Of a stretch of DNA of 64,000 bases, positions 51,520 to 60,286 are shown piece after piece. Both the position numbers and the translations under genes were made by a program. Numbering within the stretch: the stretch's first letter is position 1; each line of letters begins with the position of its first letter. This stretch comes from Candidatus Omnitrophota bacterium (GTDB taxonomy: Bacteria; Omnitrophota; Gorgyraeia; Zapsychrales; JANLHA01): positions 1,818,662 through 1,882,661 of the forward strand of contig OY759724.1 in the NCBI GenBank assembly GCA_963662715.1, read 5' to 3'. The notes below the pieces were generated by a model. That model ran no database searches. It had not been told where the DNA came from and saw only the letters and a list, made by a program, of their open reading frames with translations.

Positions 51520-52560
51520 GTGCAACCGCGTATTCATGCTTTCCAATCTCAATTAGCAGCGTTAAGAATTGACGCCTATCTTGTCATGAACCCCGTTCAG
51601 GTTTCCTATCTGACCGGATATCCCAGCGAGGATTCGTGGCTGCTTGTCTCCCCGCACAAAACCTATTACTGTACCGACGCCCGGTATTACTCCGCAATAA
51701 AGACATCGCTGAAAGACGTGATCCCTTTCCTGTGCCGGCAACTTTTAAAGGACACCTGCCGCTTGATTCAAAGAAAATCCATCAAACGTCTGGGATTTGA
51801 TGAGGCGATGCTCAGTCTGTCCTTGTTTAAATCTTTTAAGCGAATGCTGTATCCGGCCGTCAGGCTGTGTCCGCGCAATTACGTTATCGAACGCATGCGT
51901 GAAATAAAGGATGAAGAGGAATTAAACAAGATCCGTTCATGTCTGAAAATCAACCAAAAGATTTTTGATCATATTGAGCGGTTTATAAAGCCGGGTTTAT
52001 CGGAGCAGGACATCCTGGAGCGTATTGATCATTTTGTCAGGGCCAGGAAGGCACGTTTTTCTTTTTCCCCGATAGTCGCTTCCGGCCCTAATTCGGCTTT
52101 CCCTCATGCCCGCGTGACGGAACGAAAATTGCTTCGTAACGATGTCTTGCTGGTTGACGTTGGTATTGAACTGGCCGATTACAAGTCTGACTTGACACGA
52201 ATGTTCTTTTTAGGTAAAATAACTCCTCTTATTCGAAAGGTTTACGACGCTGTGGCTTTAGCTCAAAAAAAGGCCATTGCAAAAATAAAAACCTCGGTCA
52301 GGGCCGCAGATGTTGATTTGGAAGCCCGAAAGTCTTTGAAAGATAACGGCTTAGCAAAATATTTCTGCCATTCTTTGGGGCATGGGGTTGGCCGGGAGAT
52401 CCATGAGTCTCCCAGGATTTCTCCGCAAAGCGACACGGTCCTCAAGCCCGGGATGGTTATAACCGTTGAACCGGGTGTTTATTTGCATGATCAATTCGGG
52501 ATTCGCATTGAAGATATGGTTTGCGTGACGGATACCGGTTGTGAGATTTTAAGCAGATAA
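51520..52560 (+). CDS. M24-family Xaa-Pro aminopeptidase
   Basis: Creatinase-like N-terminal domain and an M24 domain with HSLGHGVGREIHE metal ligands. Confidence 0.85.
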   Translation: MQPRIHAFQSQLAALRIDAYLVMNPVQVSYLTGYPSEDSWLLVSPHKTYYCTDARYYSAIKTSLKDVIPFLCRQLLKDTCRLIQRKSIKRLGFDEAMLSLSLFKSFKRMLYPAVRLCPRNYVIERMREIKDEEELNKIRSCLKINQKIFDHIERFIKPGLSEQDILERIDHFVRARKARFSFSPIVASGPNSAFPHARVTERKLLRNDVLLVDVGIELADYKSDLTRMFFLGKITPLIRKVYDAVALAQKKAIAKIKTSVRAADVDLEARKSLKDNGLAKYFCHSLGHGVGREIHESPRISPQSDTVLKPGMVITVEPGVYLHDQFGIRIEDMVCVTDTGCEILSR

Positions 52561-52616
52561 TTTTTTTTAGGTAAACATAGTATTATTAATATTATTAATT
52601 TTTAGATGAGGGAGCT

Positions 52617-53189
52617 ATGACGATATCGATTAATCAGCTTAATTCCGGAATGGGGTTGCTCATTGATAATGACATATTTATTGTGAACGAATATCATCAT
52701 GTTAAACCTGGCAAAGGCAGCGCTTTTGTGCGGGTCAAACTGCGCAATTTGAAAAACAATACGGTGATTGAACGCACTTTCAAAACCGCCGATAAACTGG
52801 AAGATATCCCCCTGGAGGAAAAGGAGCTGGAATTTTTGTATGTCTCCGGGGATGAATATCATTTTATGGACCACACGACCTATGACCAGGTTTTTTTGAG
52901 TTCGGAAGAAGTCGGTGACGTCAGAAAATTTTTGTTGGAAAATCTCATTGTGACAGGTTTGAGTTGTGATGGTAAAATTGTAAAGGTCATATTGCCGAAT
53001 TTTATTTCCGCCAGAATCGCAGAAACCGAACCGGGCATAAAAGGAGATTCCTCCCGTGCAGGGACGAAGCCTGCTAAAATTGAAACAGGGACCGTTGTCC
53101 AGGTGCCTCTATTTATAAATATCGATGATTGGGTGAGGATTGATACCCGCAGTGGAGAATATGTTGAAAGGGTGAAAAATGAATCTTAA
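52617..53189 (+). CDS. efp: Elongation factor P
   Basis: 190 aa with the KPGKGSAFVRVKLRNL loop carrying the modifiable lysine. Confidence 0.93.
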   Translation: MTISINQLNSGMGLLIDNDIFIVNEYHHVKPGKGSAFVRVKLRNLKNNTVIERTFKTADKLEDIPLEEKELEFLYVSGDEYHFMDHTTYDQVFLSSEEVGDVRKFLLENLIVTGLSCDGKIVKVILPNFISARIAETEPGIKGDSSRAGTKPAKIETGTVVQVPLFINIDDWVRIDTRSGEYVERVKNES

Positions 53190-53643
53190 AGAGATTAAAT
53201 CTATTGTTGAATTGATGAATGAAAATGATTTGACAGAGATTGAGGTGGAACGCGAGGGGGTCAAGCTTAAAATAAAGAAAGCTGCCGGAGAGATGCTGGA
53301 AACCGGTTTCCGTCCCGTCGTCACTGAATACCGGGCTCCTGCTCCGGCTGCCGTCCCTCATCCTGTTGAATCAGGCAGTTCTGCTTCAGGCGCGCCGAGT
53401 AACCTTAAGCTTATTTCTTCCCCGATGGTGGGGACGTTCTACCGGGCTCCGTCTCCGGAATCTCCGCCTTTTGTCGATCAGGGGCAGATTGTGGAGGTCG
53501 GACAGGTTGTGTGTATCGTCGAAGCGATGAAGTTAATGAACGAGATTAAGTCGGAAGTCCGGGGGAAAGTCGTCAAGATCGCCGTGGATAACGCAGAGCC
53601 GGTCGAGTTCGGGCAGACATTATTTGAGATTGAACCAGCATAA
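53179..53643 (+). CDS. accB: Biotin carboxyl carrier protein of acetyl-CoA carboxylase
   Basis: Biotinylation motif EAMKLMNEI and an Ala/Pro-rich linker. Confidence 0.92.
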   Translation: MNLKEIKSIVELMNENDLTEIEVEREGVKLKIKKAAGEMLETGFRPVVTEYRAPAPAAVPHPVESGSSASGAPSNLKLISSPMVGTFYRAPSPESPPFVDQGQIVEVGQVVCIVEAMKLMNEIKSEVRGKVVKIAVDNAEPVEFGQTLFEIEPA

Positions 53644-53665
53644 GATAAAAGGCTTAGGGTGATTC

Positions 53666-55024
53666 ATGTTTTCAAAAATTCTAATTGCAAACCGCGGTGA
53701 AATAGCTTTACGTATTATACGGGCCTGCCGTGAAATGTCCATTCCGACAGTCGCCATATATTCCGAGGCCGACCGGAATTCCCTGCACGTGCGTTTTGCC
53801 GATGAAGCTGTGTGTGTCGGCCCGGCGCGGAGTTCGGACAGTTATCTCAACATCCCTTCGATTATTGCCGCGGCTGAAATTACGGATGTCGAAGCCATTC
53901 ATCCTGGGTATGGTTTCTTGGCCGAGAATGCGCATTTTGCCGAAATTTGCGAATCCTGCAACATTACGTTTATCGGTCCGACGCCGGAAACAATACGATT
54001 GATGGGGGATAAAGTCCAGGCCAGGGAAACCATGCGGAAAATCGGGATTCCGCTGACGCCCGGCGGCAAAGGTGTCGTAAAGAGTCAGGAAGAGGCGCTG
54101 GATGTGGCCAAGAAGATCAAGTATCCCGTTATTATTAAAGCCGCTGCCGGAGGCGGAGGCAAAGGGATGCGGGTCTGCCATAATGATGTCACTTTAACGA
54201 GTTCCTTTGCTATGGCGCAGAAAGAAGCCGAGGCCAATTTCGGTAATGCGAGTGTCTATATTGAGAAATACATCTCGGATCCCCGTCATGTGGAATTTCA
54301 GATTCTGGCAGACAAATACGGCAATGTCGTGCATTGCGGGGAAAGGGACTGCAGTATTCAGCGAAGACATCAGAAGCTCATTGAGGAAGCTCCGTCTCCG
54401 GCTTTAACGGAGAGACTGAGAAAGAAAATGGGTGAGGTGGCGGTAAAGGCGGCGAAAGCGGTCAATTATCAGGGCGTCGGCACCATTGAATTCTTGCTGG
54501 ATTCCAGCGGGAATTTTTATTTCATGGAAATGAATACGCGCATTCAGGTTGAACATCCGGTGACGGAAATGGTCACCGGCATGGACCTCGTCAAGGAACA
54601 GATTTCCGTCGCTGCCGGGAAGAAACTTAAAATAAAACAAGAACAGATTGAAATTAAAGGGGCGGCGATTGAATGCCGGATTAATGCCGAAGACCCTTAT
54701 AATAACTTTATGCCTTCTCCCGGGACAATCGAGGAGTTGAATCTGCCCGGAGGCCCGGGTGTCAGAGTTGATACTCATATTTATCCCGGATATGTCATTA
54801 GCCCTTATTATGATTCGATGGTCGCTAAAGTGATCAGTTACGCTCCGACCCGTTTGGAAGCTATTAAAATCATGCGGCGGGCGTTAGATGAATTGTATGT
54901 GAATCCTGTCAAAACAACCAGTGCCTTGCATATGGAGATACTCGATCATCCGTTGTTTAAATCGGGTGATGTGTCAACGCATTTTCTTGAAAAACACTTC
55001 CGTAAAGATGAAATGACAAAATAA
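53666..55024 (+). CDS. accC: Biotin carboxylase
   Basis: 452 aa with an ATP-grasp fold, immediately downstream of accB. Confidence 0.95.
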   Translation: MFSKILIANRGEIALRIIRACREMSIPTVAIYSEADRNSLHVRFADEAVCVGPARSSDSYLNIPSIIAAAEITDVEAIHPGYGFLAENAHFAEICESCNITFIGPTPETIRLMGDKVQARETMRKIGIPLTPGGKGVVKSQEEALDVAKKIKYPVIIKAAAGGGGKGMRVCHNDVTLTSSFAMAQKEAEANFGNASVYIEKYISDPRHVEFQILADKYGNVVHCGERDCSIQRRHQKLIEEAPSPALTERLRKKMGEVAVKAAKAVNYQGVGTIEFLLDSSGNFYFMEMNTRIQVEHPVTEMVTGMDLVKEQISVAAGKKLKIKQEQIEIKGAAIECRINAEDPYNNFMPSPGTIEELNLPGGPGVRVDTHIYPGYVISPYYDSMVAKVISYAPTRLEAIKIMRRALDELYVNPVKTTSALHMEILDHPLFKSGDVSTHFLEKHFRKDEMTK

Positions 55025-55097
55025 GACATCATTATTTTTGCTGTCAGATTGTTGGTTTTATCATCAATTATATCTTTTTGTAAAGGAGGCTTGCCCC

Positions 55098-55454
55098 ATG
55101 AAAGACCTTAATAAGGTGGATCTGGGTTCCATTAAAATCCATAAGCAGGTCCTGGCGGATCTTATTTACTCCTCTGTGTTAACGGTTCCGGGGGTGAGTT
55201 TGGTCGGCAAAAGCTGGGAGGCGCAGGCTTATGATTTGCTCGGCGTAAAGAAATATCCGGGAATTGCCATCACGATCGAAAAAGACAGCCAAGTCACGAT
55301 CGAAGTAAAAGTCAAGGTGCGTTTTGGCCTCAACATTCATGACGCGGCCCGGCAGATTCAGGAAGCGATTCGCACCGCGATTGACAAGACCGTTGACATA
55401 GATTTGAAAGATATTAATGTCAACATCCAAGGAATCGAGAGGGGGGAACCATGA
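55098..55454 (+). CDS. Asp23/Gls24-family (alkaline shock protein-like) protein
   Basis: Roughly 118 aa from ATG 55098 (AAAGGAGG RBS) with the DUF322/Asp23 pattern (IKIHKQVLADLIYSSVLTVPGV...). Confidence 0.7.
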   Translation: MKDLNKVDLGSIKIHKQVLADLIYSSVLTVPGVSLVGKSWEAQAYDLLGVKKYPGIAITIEKDSQVTIEVKVKVRFGLNIHDAARQIQEAIRTAIDKTVDIDLKDINVNIQGIERGEP

Positions 55455-56086
55455 GGATAATAGCTCGACTGGCCGTATTGTTTTACGCATGTTTGACCAT
55501 GTTTATCGCTGTAGCGCTGGTTTTATTTGTTTCACACGGAGTACCGTGGGTGTATGAAATCCCGTTTGAAAAAGGCCTCACGATTCTCCATTTTCTTTAC
55601 TACGATGATCAGGCCCGTTTCCTTGTGTCTATGGCGAGCATTTTTATGCTGCTTTTGAATTATATCTTCATTAAGTCGATCTCCGTCGAGAATGAAAAAG
55701 AACGTACCGTTGCTTTTGACAACCCGACAGGCCGGGTCAGTGTGTCTTTGGATGCGTTGGAAGATTTGACCCGGAGAGTGATCGCCGGAGTCGATGAGGT
55801 CCGGGATGTCCGCGCTCATGTCCGGGTTGGGAAGAAGAAAAAAAGGCTGGAAATTGATTCCAGGCTGATTTTAAATACCGACGTTCATATTCCTGCCATG
55901 ACGGCTCATCTTCAGGATCTCGTTAAACAGAAGGTGCAGGACACGATCGGAAGCGAAGAGTCTCCGGAAGTCCGCATTCATATATCCAAAATTATCCCTG
56001 GTCAGAGAAAAGTTAAGAAACAGAAGGAAGAACCTTCTAAGAAAGAGGAACAGCCAGCCGTTCCGTACCAGGGTTACCGTATATAA
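55451..56086 (+). CDS. Membrane-anchored Asp23-domain protein (AmaP-like)
   Basis: Two N-terminal transmembrane helices followed by an Asp23-like domain and a Lys/Glu-rich tail. Translationally coupled to the upstream Asp23 gene. Confidence 0.55.
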   Translation: MRIIARLAVLFYACLTMFIAVALVLFVSHGVPWVYEIPFEKGLTILHFLYYDDQARFLVSMASIFMLLLNYIFIKSISVENEKERTVAFDNPTGRVSVSLDALEDLTRRVIAGVDEVRDVRAHVRVGKKKKRLEIDSRLILNTDVHIPAMTAHLQDLVKQKVQDTIGSEESPEVRIHISKIIPGQRKVKKQKEEPSKKEEQPAVPYQGYRI

Positions 56087-56122
56087 GCAATTATCTCACT
56101 TTGGTAAAGCAAGGAAAGGGTT

Positions 56123-57151
56123 ATGAAAAAGGTCGGAATATTAACAGGCGGGGCTGATTGCCCCGGATTGAACTCCGTGATACGGGCCGTGGTGCGCAGC
56201 GCCATTCAGGAAGGTTATTTAGTGACCGGCATTAAGAACGGATGGCTAGGTTTAATTGAATATGATATGCGTGTCCTGGATATTCGGCTGACATCAGGCA
56301 TCTTGGACAAAGGCGGGACAGTTCTGGGAACAAGCCGGATTAATCCTCTGCAGAATCCGGAACACGTTAAACAGATAGGGGAGAATTATAAACGCAGCGG
56401 TTTGGATGCTTTGATCGCCGTCGGGGGTGAGAGGACGTTAAAGATTGCTTTGGAACTTTTTCAGAAAGGGCTCATCAGGGTTGTCGGCGTTCCCAAATCG
56501 ATTGATAATGCTTTGTCCGGGACGGAATATGCTTTTGGATTCGATACCGCGGTCAATGTGGCGACGGAATGTATTGACCGGCTTCATACAACGGCGGAAA
56601 GTCATCACCGTATTATCGTTATTGAAGTTATGGGGCGCCATACAGGATGGATTGCCCTGGAAGCCGGCATAGCCGGAGGGGCGGACGTCATTCTTGTCCC
56701 GGAAATTGAAGCGGACATGAATCATGTCTGCAAGGAATTGCAGGAAAGGCATAAAAGAGGAAAAACCTTCAGCCTGGTCGTGGTGTCTGAAGGGGCCAGG
56801 ATCAAAGGGGTCTCATCAAAAAAGAAAGCCGAACAAGATCAGACTTCGCGGCGTTTCGGGAAAATTGCCGAGATCGTGGCGAAATTTATTGAAGAGAAAA
56901 CAGGTTTTGAAACGAGGGTAAGCGTTCTCGGACACATTCAAAGGGGCGGCACCCCGACGGCCTATGACCGACTCATCGGGACCCAATTCGGAGTGAAAGC
57001 TGTGGAGCTTGTGAAAAAGAACCGCTTCGGTCAAATGGTCAGCCTTCGGCACAATAAACTGCATTCCGTTGATATTGAAAAAGCAGTCCAGAAACACAAA
57101 TCCATTGATATGGAACTTTATAATATGTCAAAAGTTTTTTGTGTGGGATAA
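56123..57151 (+). CDS. pfkA: 6-phosphofructokinase (ATP- or PPi-dependent)
   Basis: GILTGGADCPGLNSVIR and MGRHTGW PFK motifs. Confidence 0.9.
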   Translation: MKKVGILTGGADCPGLNSVIRAVVRSAIQEGYLVTGIKNGWLGLIEYDMRVLDIRLTSGILDKGGTVLGTSRINPLQNPEHVKQIGENYKRSGLDALIAVGGERTLKIALELFQKGLIRVVGVPKSIDNALSGTEYAFGFDTAVNVATECIDRLHTTAESHHRIIVIEVMGRHTGWIALEAGIAGGADVILVPEIEADMNHVCKELQERHKRGKTFSLVVVSEGARIKGVSSKKKAEQDQTSRRFGKIAEIVAKFIEEKTGFETRVSVLGHIQRGGTPTAYDRLIGTQFGVKAVELVKKNRFGQMVSLRHNKLHSVDIEKAVQKHKSIDMELYNMSKVFCVG

Positions 57152-57156
57152 CCTTT

Positions 57157-57738
57157 ATGAAAAAAAAAGAGCATCAGGACATCCTGACCGGGATTTTTGA
57201 GGAATCCATTGCGGTAAAGAAAGAAACTCTTGTACAGAATAAGGATGAAATTTTAAAGGCGGTGCAGCTTATTGTTAACGCCCTGCGCCGAAACAAAAAG
57301 CTGCTTGTCTTCGGCAACGGCGGTTCTGCTGCCGATGCCCAGCATATCGCGGCGGAATTTATCGGCCGGTTTCAAAAAGAGCGGAAGTCTTTTTCCGCCA
57401 TCTCCCTGACAACCGACACATCGGCCTTAACAGCTTTGGGAAACGATTATGGCTATGATATCGTTTTCTCTCGTCAAATGGAAGGCCTGGGCCGGAAGGG
57501 GGATGTGGCTTTGGCTATTTCCACCAGCGGGACGGCGGCCAATGTGATCCAGGCTGTGAAAACAGCAAAGAACATGGGACTGAGTGTTATTGCCCTGACC
57601 GGACGGAAAGGAGGCCGTTTGGCCCCTTTAGCCGATGTGAAGATTATCGTCCCTTCAGACAATACGGCCAGAATTCAGGAATCGCATATCTGTATCGCGC
57701 ATTGTATTTGTGAATGTGTTGAAAATTCTTTAAGCTGA
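57157..57738 (+). CDS. gmhA: Phosphoheptose isomerase (SIS domain)
   Basis: SIS-domain protein of GmhA length, adjacent to a heptose nucleotidyltransferase gene. Start at ATG 57157. Confidence 0.8.
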   Translation: MKKKEHQDILTGIFEESIAVKKETLVQNKDEILKAVQLIVNALRRNKKLLVFGNGGSAADAQHIAAEFIGRFQKERKSFSAISLTTDTSALTALGNDYGYDIVFSRQMEGLGRKGDVALAISTSGTAANVIQAVKTAKNMGLSVIALTGRKGGRLAPLADVKIIVPSDNTARIQESHICIAHCICECVENSLS

Positions 57739-57769
57739 AGAATTTTTTGAATACCTTAAGGTGTAAAGC

Positions 57770-58249
57770 GTGGTCTCCAAGATCGTATCCATTAAAACTT
57801 TGCAGCGGTGTGTCCGGCAAGCCAGACAGGAAGGGAAAAACATCGTTTTTACAAACGGATGTTTTGATATATTACACGCGGGGCATGTGCGGTACCTTAA
57901 GAAAGCGAAGCGGACCCACAGGTGCCTGATTGTCGGCTTGAATAGCGACCGTTCTATCAGACGCATTAAAGGACTGCGAAGGCCTATTATTCCTGAAAAA
58001 TACAGGGCCGAGCTCCTGGCTGCACTGGCCTGTGTGGACTGGATTACGCTCTTTCATGAAGATACTCCCTATAACCTTATTACGGCTGTTCAGCCGGATA
58101 TCCTGGTTAAAGGGGCAGACTGGAAAGGAAAAGGCGTGGTTGGAGAGGACGTTGTCCGGGCGAGGGGCGGTCGCGTGGAGTTTATAGAGTATGTGGCGGG
58201 GCTTTCCACCACCGAGATTATCCGAAAGATCAAGAACAAGTGCCGTTGA
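57770..58249 (+). CDS. D-glycero-beta-D-manno-heptose 1-phosphate adenylyltransferase (HldE domain II / HldC-like cytidylyltransferase fold)
   Basis: FTNGCFDILHAGHVRYL nucleotidyltransferase HxGH motif. 159 aa with no kinase domain present. Confidence 0.75.
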   Translation: MVSKIVSIKTLQRCVRQARQEGKNIVFTNGCFDILHAGHVRYLKKAKRTHRCLIVGLNSDRSIRRIKGLRRPIIPEKYRAELLAALACVDWITLFHEDTPYNLITAVQPDILVKGADWKGKGVVGEDVVRARGGRVEFIEYVAGLSTTEIIRKIKNKCR

Positions 58250-58686
58250 AAATACGCAACAAAATTTACCGGGTTATCGATGCCAATTTTAATAGAGCCA
58301 AAGAAGGGTTAAGGGTGTGCGAGGACGTTTGCCGTTTTGTGCTTGATGACCGTTTTTTGACAAAAAAATTCAAGGAGGCCCGGCATATCCTATCTTCTGT
58401 TGTCGGGGCCGTCTGGGGGCAGGAGGGGCTCAAGCATCGCAATATTTCAGAGGATGTCGGCCGGCCTTCCATAGACAAGGAATTTGACCGAAAGAATGTT
58501 CAGGATATTTTTTACGCAAATTCCCAGAGAGTCAAGGAGTCTGTCCGTGTGCTGGAAGAATTCGCCAAATTGTTTGATCACAAGCAGGCCGAAGCTTTAA
58601 AGACCCTGCGTTACGATATATATTTTTTAGAACAGAAAGGCATGCTTCGGATGAAGGCGGGCCCGAAGAAAGATGAAGATGGCTGA
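58240..58686 (+). CDS. Hypothetical protein, ThiE-associated N-terminal-type domain (ThiD2-like), unfused
   Basis: 148 aa. YRVIDANFNRAKEGLRVCEDVCRF resembles the domain I recall fused N-terminally to ThiE in some bacteria. The gene sits directly upstream of thiE. Low certainty. Confidence 0.4.
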   Translation: MPLKIRNKIYRVIDANFNRAKEGLRVCEDVCRFVLDDRFLTKKFKEARHILSSVVGAVWGQEGLKHRNISEDVGRPSIDKEFDRKNVQDIFYANSQRVKESVRVLEEFAKLFDHKQAEALKTLRYDIYFLEQKGMLRMKAGPKKDEDG

Positions 58687-58705
58687 TATCGGCGGGTGAT
58701 TTAAA

Positions 58706-59368
58706 ATGAATATTCATAGAAGACGGTTGCGCGAGGCCAGACTCTACATCGTTCTGGACACCCAGGTTCAGGGGTATGCGCAGCTCTTTAAAATTTTAAA
58801 AGAATCTGTACGGGCCGGAACGGTTGTAGTACAATTACGGGATAAAATTGGTTCTAGTCGGGAAATGCTGTCATTCGCGGAGAAAATCGTCGGGTATTTG
58901 AAGTCATCGGTGCCGTTTATTATGAATGACCGGATGGATTTGGCCCTTGCGGCTCAGACCCAAGGGGTTCACTTGGGCCAAGATGATTGTCCCGTTGAAT
59001 ATGCCCGCCGGATATTAGGGGAAAAAGCCCTTGTCGGGATTTCTTGCCAGACACTTGCGCAAGCCCGGCAGGCACAAAAGGCCGGGGCTGATTATATCGG
59101 TTTCGGGTCAGTTTTCCGTACCTTGACCAAGCCGGAACGGAATCCGATGGATTTGGGCTTGCTGGAAAAAGTCACGAAAGAGTGCTCTATCCCGGTGTTT
59201 GCTATTGGAGGCATCAATTTAGACAATCTTTCTCAATTGACGGATCGCGGAATTCATCGTGTTGCTGTTACGCGGGCAGTATGTCTGAGTGACTCCGTGG
59301 CCCGAACGACAAAGCTCTTTTTGGAACGGTTAAATTCTGTTAGAATAAGTGATCATTCGGTCAGTTAA
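58706..59368 (+). CDS. thiE: Thiamine-phosphate synthase
   Basis: TIM-barrel ThiE motifs (LYIVLDT..., GADYIGFGSVF, IGGI). Confidence 0.88.
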   Translation: MNIHRRRLREARLYIVLDTQVQGYAQLFKILKESVRAGTVVVQLRDKIGSSREMLSFAEKIVGYLKSSVPFIMNDRMDLALAAQTQGVHLGQDDCPVEYARRILGEKALVGISCQTLAQARQAQKAGADYIGFGSVFRTLTKPERNPMDLGLLEKVTKECSIPVFAIGGINLDNLSQLTDRGIHRVAVTRAVCLSDSVARTTKLFLERLNSVRISDHSVS

Positions 59369-59408
59369 GTTCGAATTGTTTTCAAAAATTTATGACAGAT
59401 ATTTATAA

Positions 59409-59482
59409 GCGAGGGTGATTCAATGGTAGAATATCAGCTTCCCAAGCTGAATACGCGGGTTCGATTCCCGTCCCTCGCTCCA
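59409..59482 (+). tRNA. tRNA-Gly (anticodon CCC), CCA encoded
   Basis: Hand-folded. Acceptor GCGAGGG/CCCUCGC, D-stem AUUC/GAAU, anticodon stem UCAGC/GCUGA, loop UUCCCAA. A T8 run follows immediately. Confidence 0.88.
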
Positions 59483-59516
59483 TTTTTTTTGCCGGGCCCG
59501 GAAGCGTTCGGTTTTT
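59483..59516 (+). terminator. T-tract plus GC-rich palindrome (GCCGGGCCCGG) plus T5 downstream of tRNA-Gly. Likely transcription terminator.
   Basis: TTTTTTTT at 59483-59490, then GCCGGGCCCGGAAGCGTTCGG, then TTTTT. Confidence 0.45.
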
Positions 59517-59599
59517 AAATGCCAGATATGTTATCCAAAAGATGGTGTTGTCCCCGAGCTTGTTTATCGCGCTACAGAAAGTTTTTTTGAGAGAATGAT

Positions 59600-60274
59600 A
59601 TGCGAATTCAATTGATAAAGCCAGTTGCTCTGACCGTTTTTATGCTGGGGATGACTGGGTGTGCGCCGACCGTTAGATCTGTAGATGCCCCGGTGACTAT
59701 GGCGAAGAAAGGGCAAGGCGTTTATCATACGGTGCAGCGGGGGCAAACATTATGGCGTATTGCGCAGAATTATCAGGTCAGTATCGATGAAATTATAAGA
59801 ATCAATAAAATTCCAGATGCCGCCCGTCTTGAGGAAGGGCAGCTGTTATTTATCCCCGGAGTTTCAGAGGTCAAGGCTGTACCCGCAAAAAAGACTGATC
59901 CGGATAAAAAGGAGTTTGCCTGGCCGGTCAAAGGACAGGTTGTCCATTATTTTAATCAACACAAGCAGGGGTTAAGCCATAAAGGGATAGCGATTAAAGT
60001 CCCTCCGGGAGAACCTGTTAAAGCTTCCCGGGAGGGACGCGTTGTTTTTGCGGATTATCTTTGCGGGTATACCTATACGCTTATTTTAGATCACCTGGAC
60101 GGATTTCATTCCGTCTATTCCCTGAATTCCAAGATGCTGGTTAAAGTCGGGGATTATGTGTTTAAGGGGGATCAAATTGCTTTGGCGGGGTCTCAGGGCA
60201 GAGAAACATTGTTGTACTTTGAGATCAGAAAAAAAGGGCAAGCCAATAATCCTTTATATTATTTACCCAGATAA
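59600..60274 (+). CDS. LysM-domain M23 metallopeptidase lipoprotein (NlpD/LytM-like)
   Basis: Lipobox LGMTGC, a LysM domain (YHTVQRGQTLWRIAQNYQVSIDEI) and a C-terminal M23 domain. Confidence 0.85.
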   Translation: MRIQLIKPVALTVFMLGMTGCAPTVRSVDAPVTMAKKGQGVYHTVQRGQTLWRIAQNYQVSIDEIIRINKIPDAARLEEGQLLFIPGVSEVKAVPAKKTDPDKKEFAWPVKGQVVHYFNQHKQGLSHKGIAIKVPPGEPVKASREGRVVFADYLCGYTYTLILDHLDGFHSVYSLNSKMLVKVGDYVFKGDQIALAGSQGRETLLYFEIRKKGQANNPLYYLPR

Positions 60275-60286
60275 CGAGGGTGTCTT

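Noticed and set aside
52561-52616. AT-rich spacer with a tandem 'attattaat attattaat' repeat upstream of efp
   Set aside because: Only two 9-mer copies. It is most likely ordinary promoter and UP-element AT-richness, not a repeat element.
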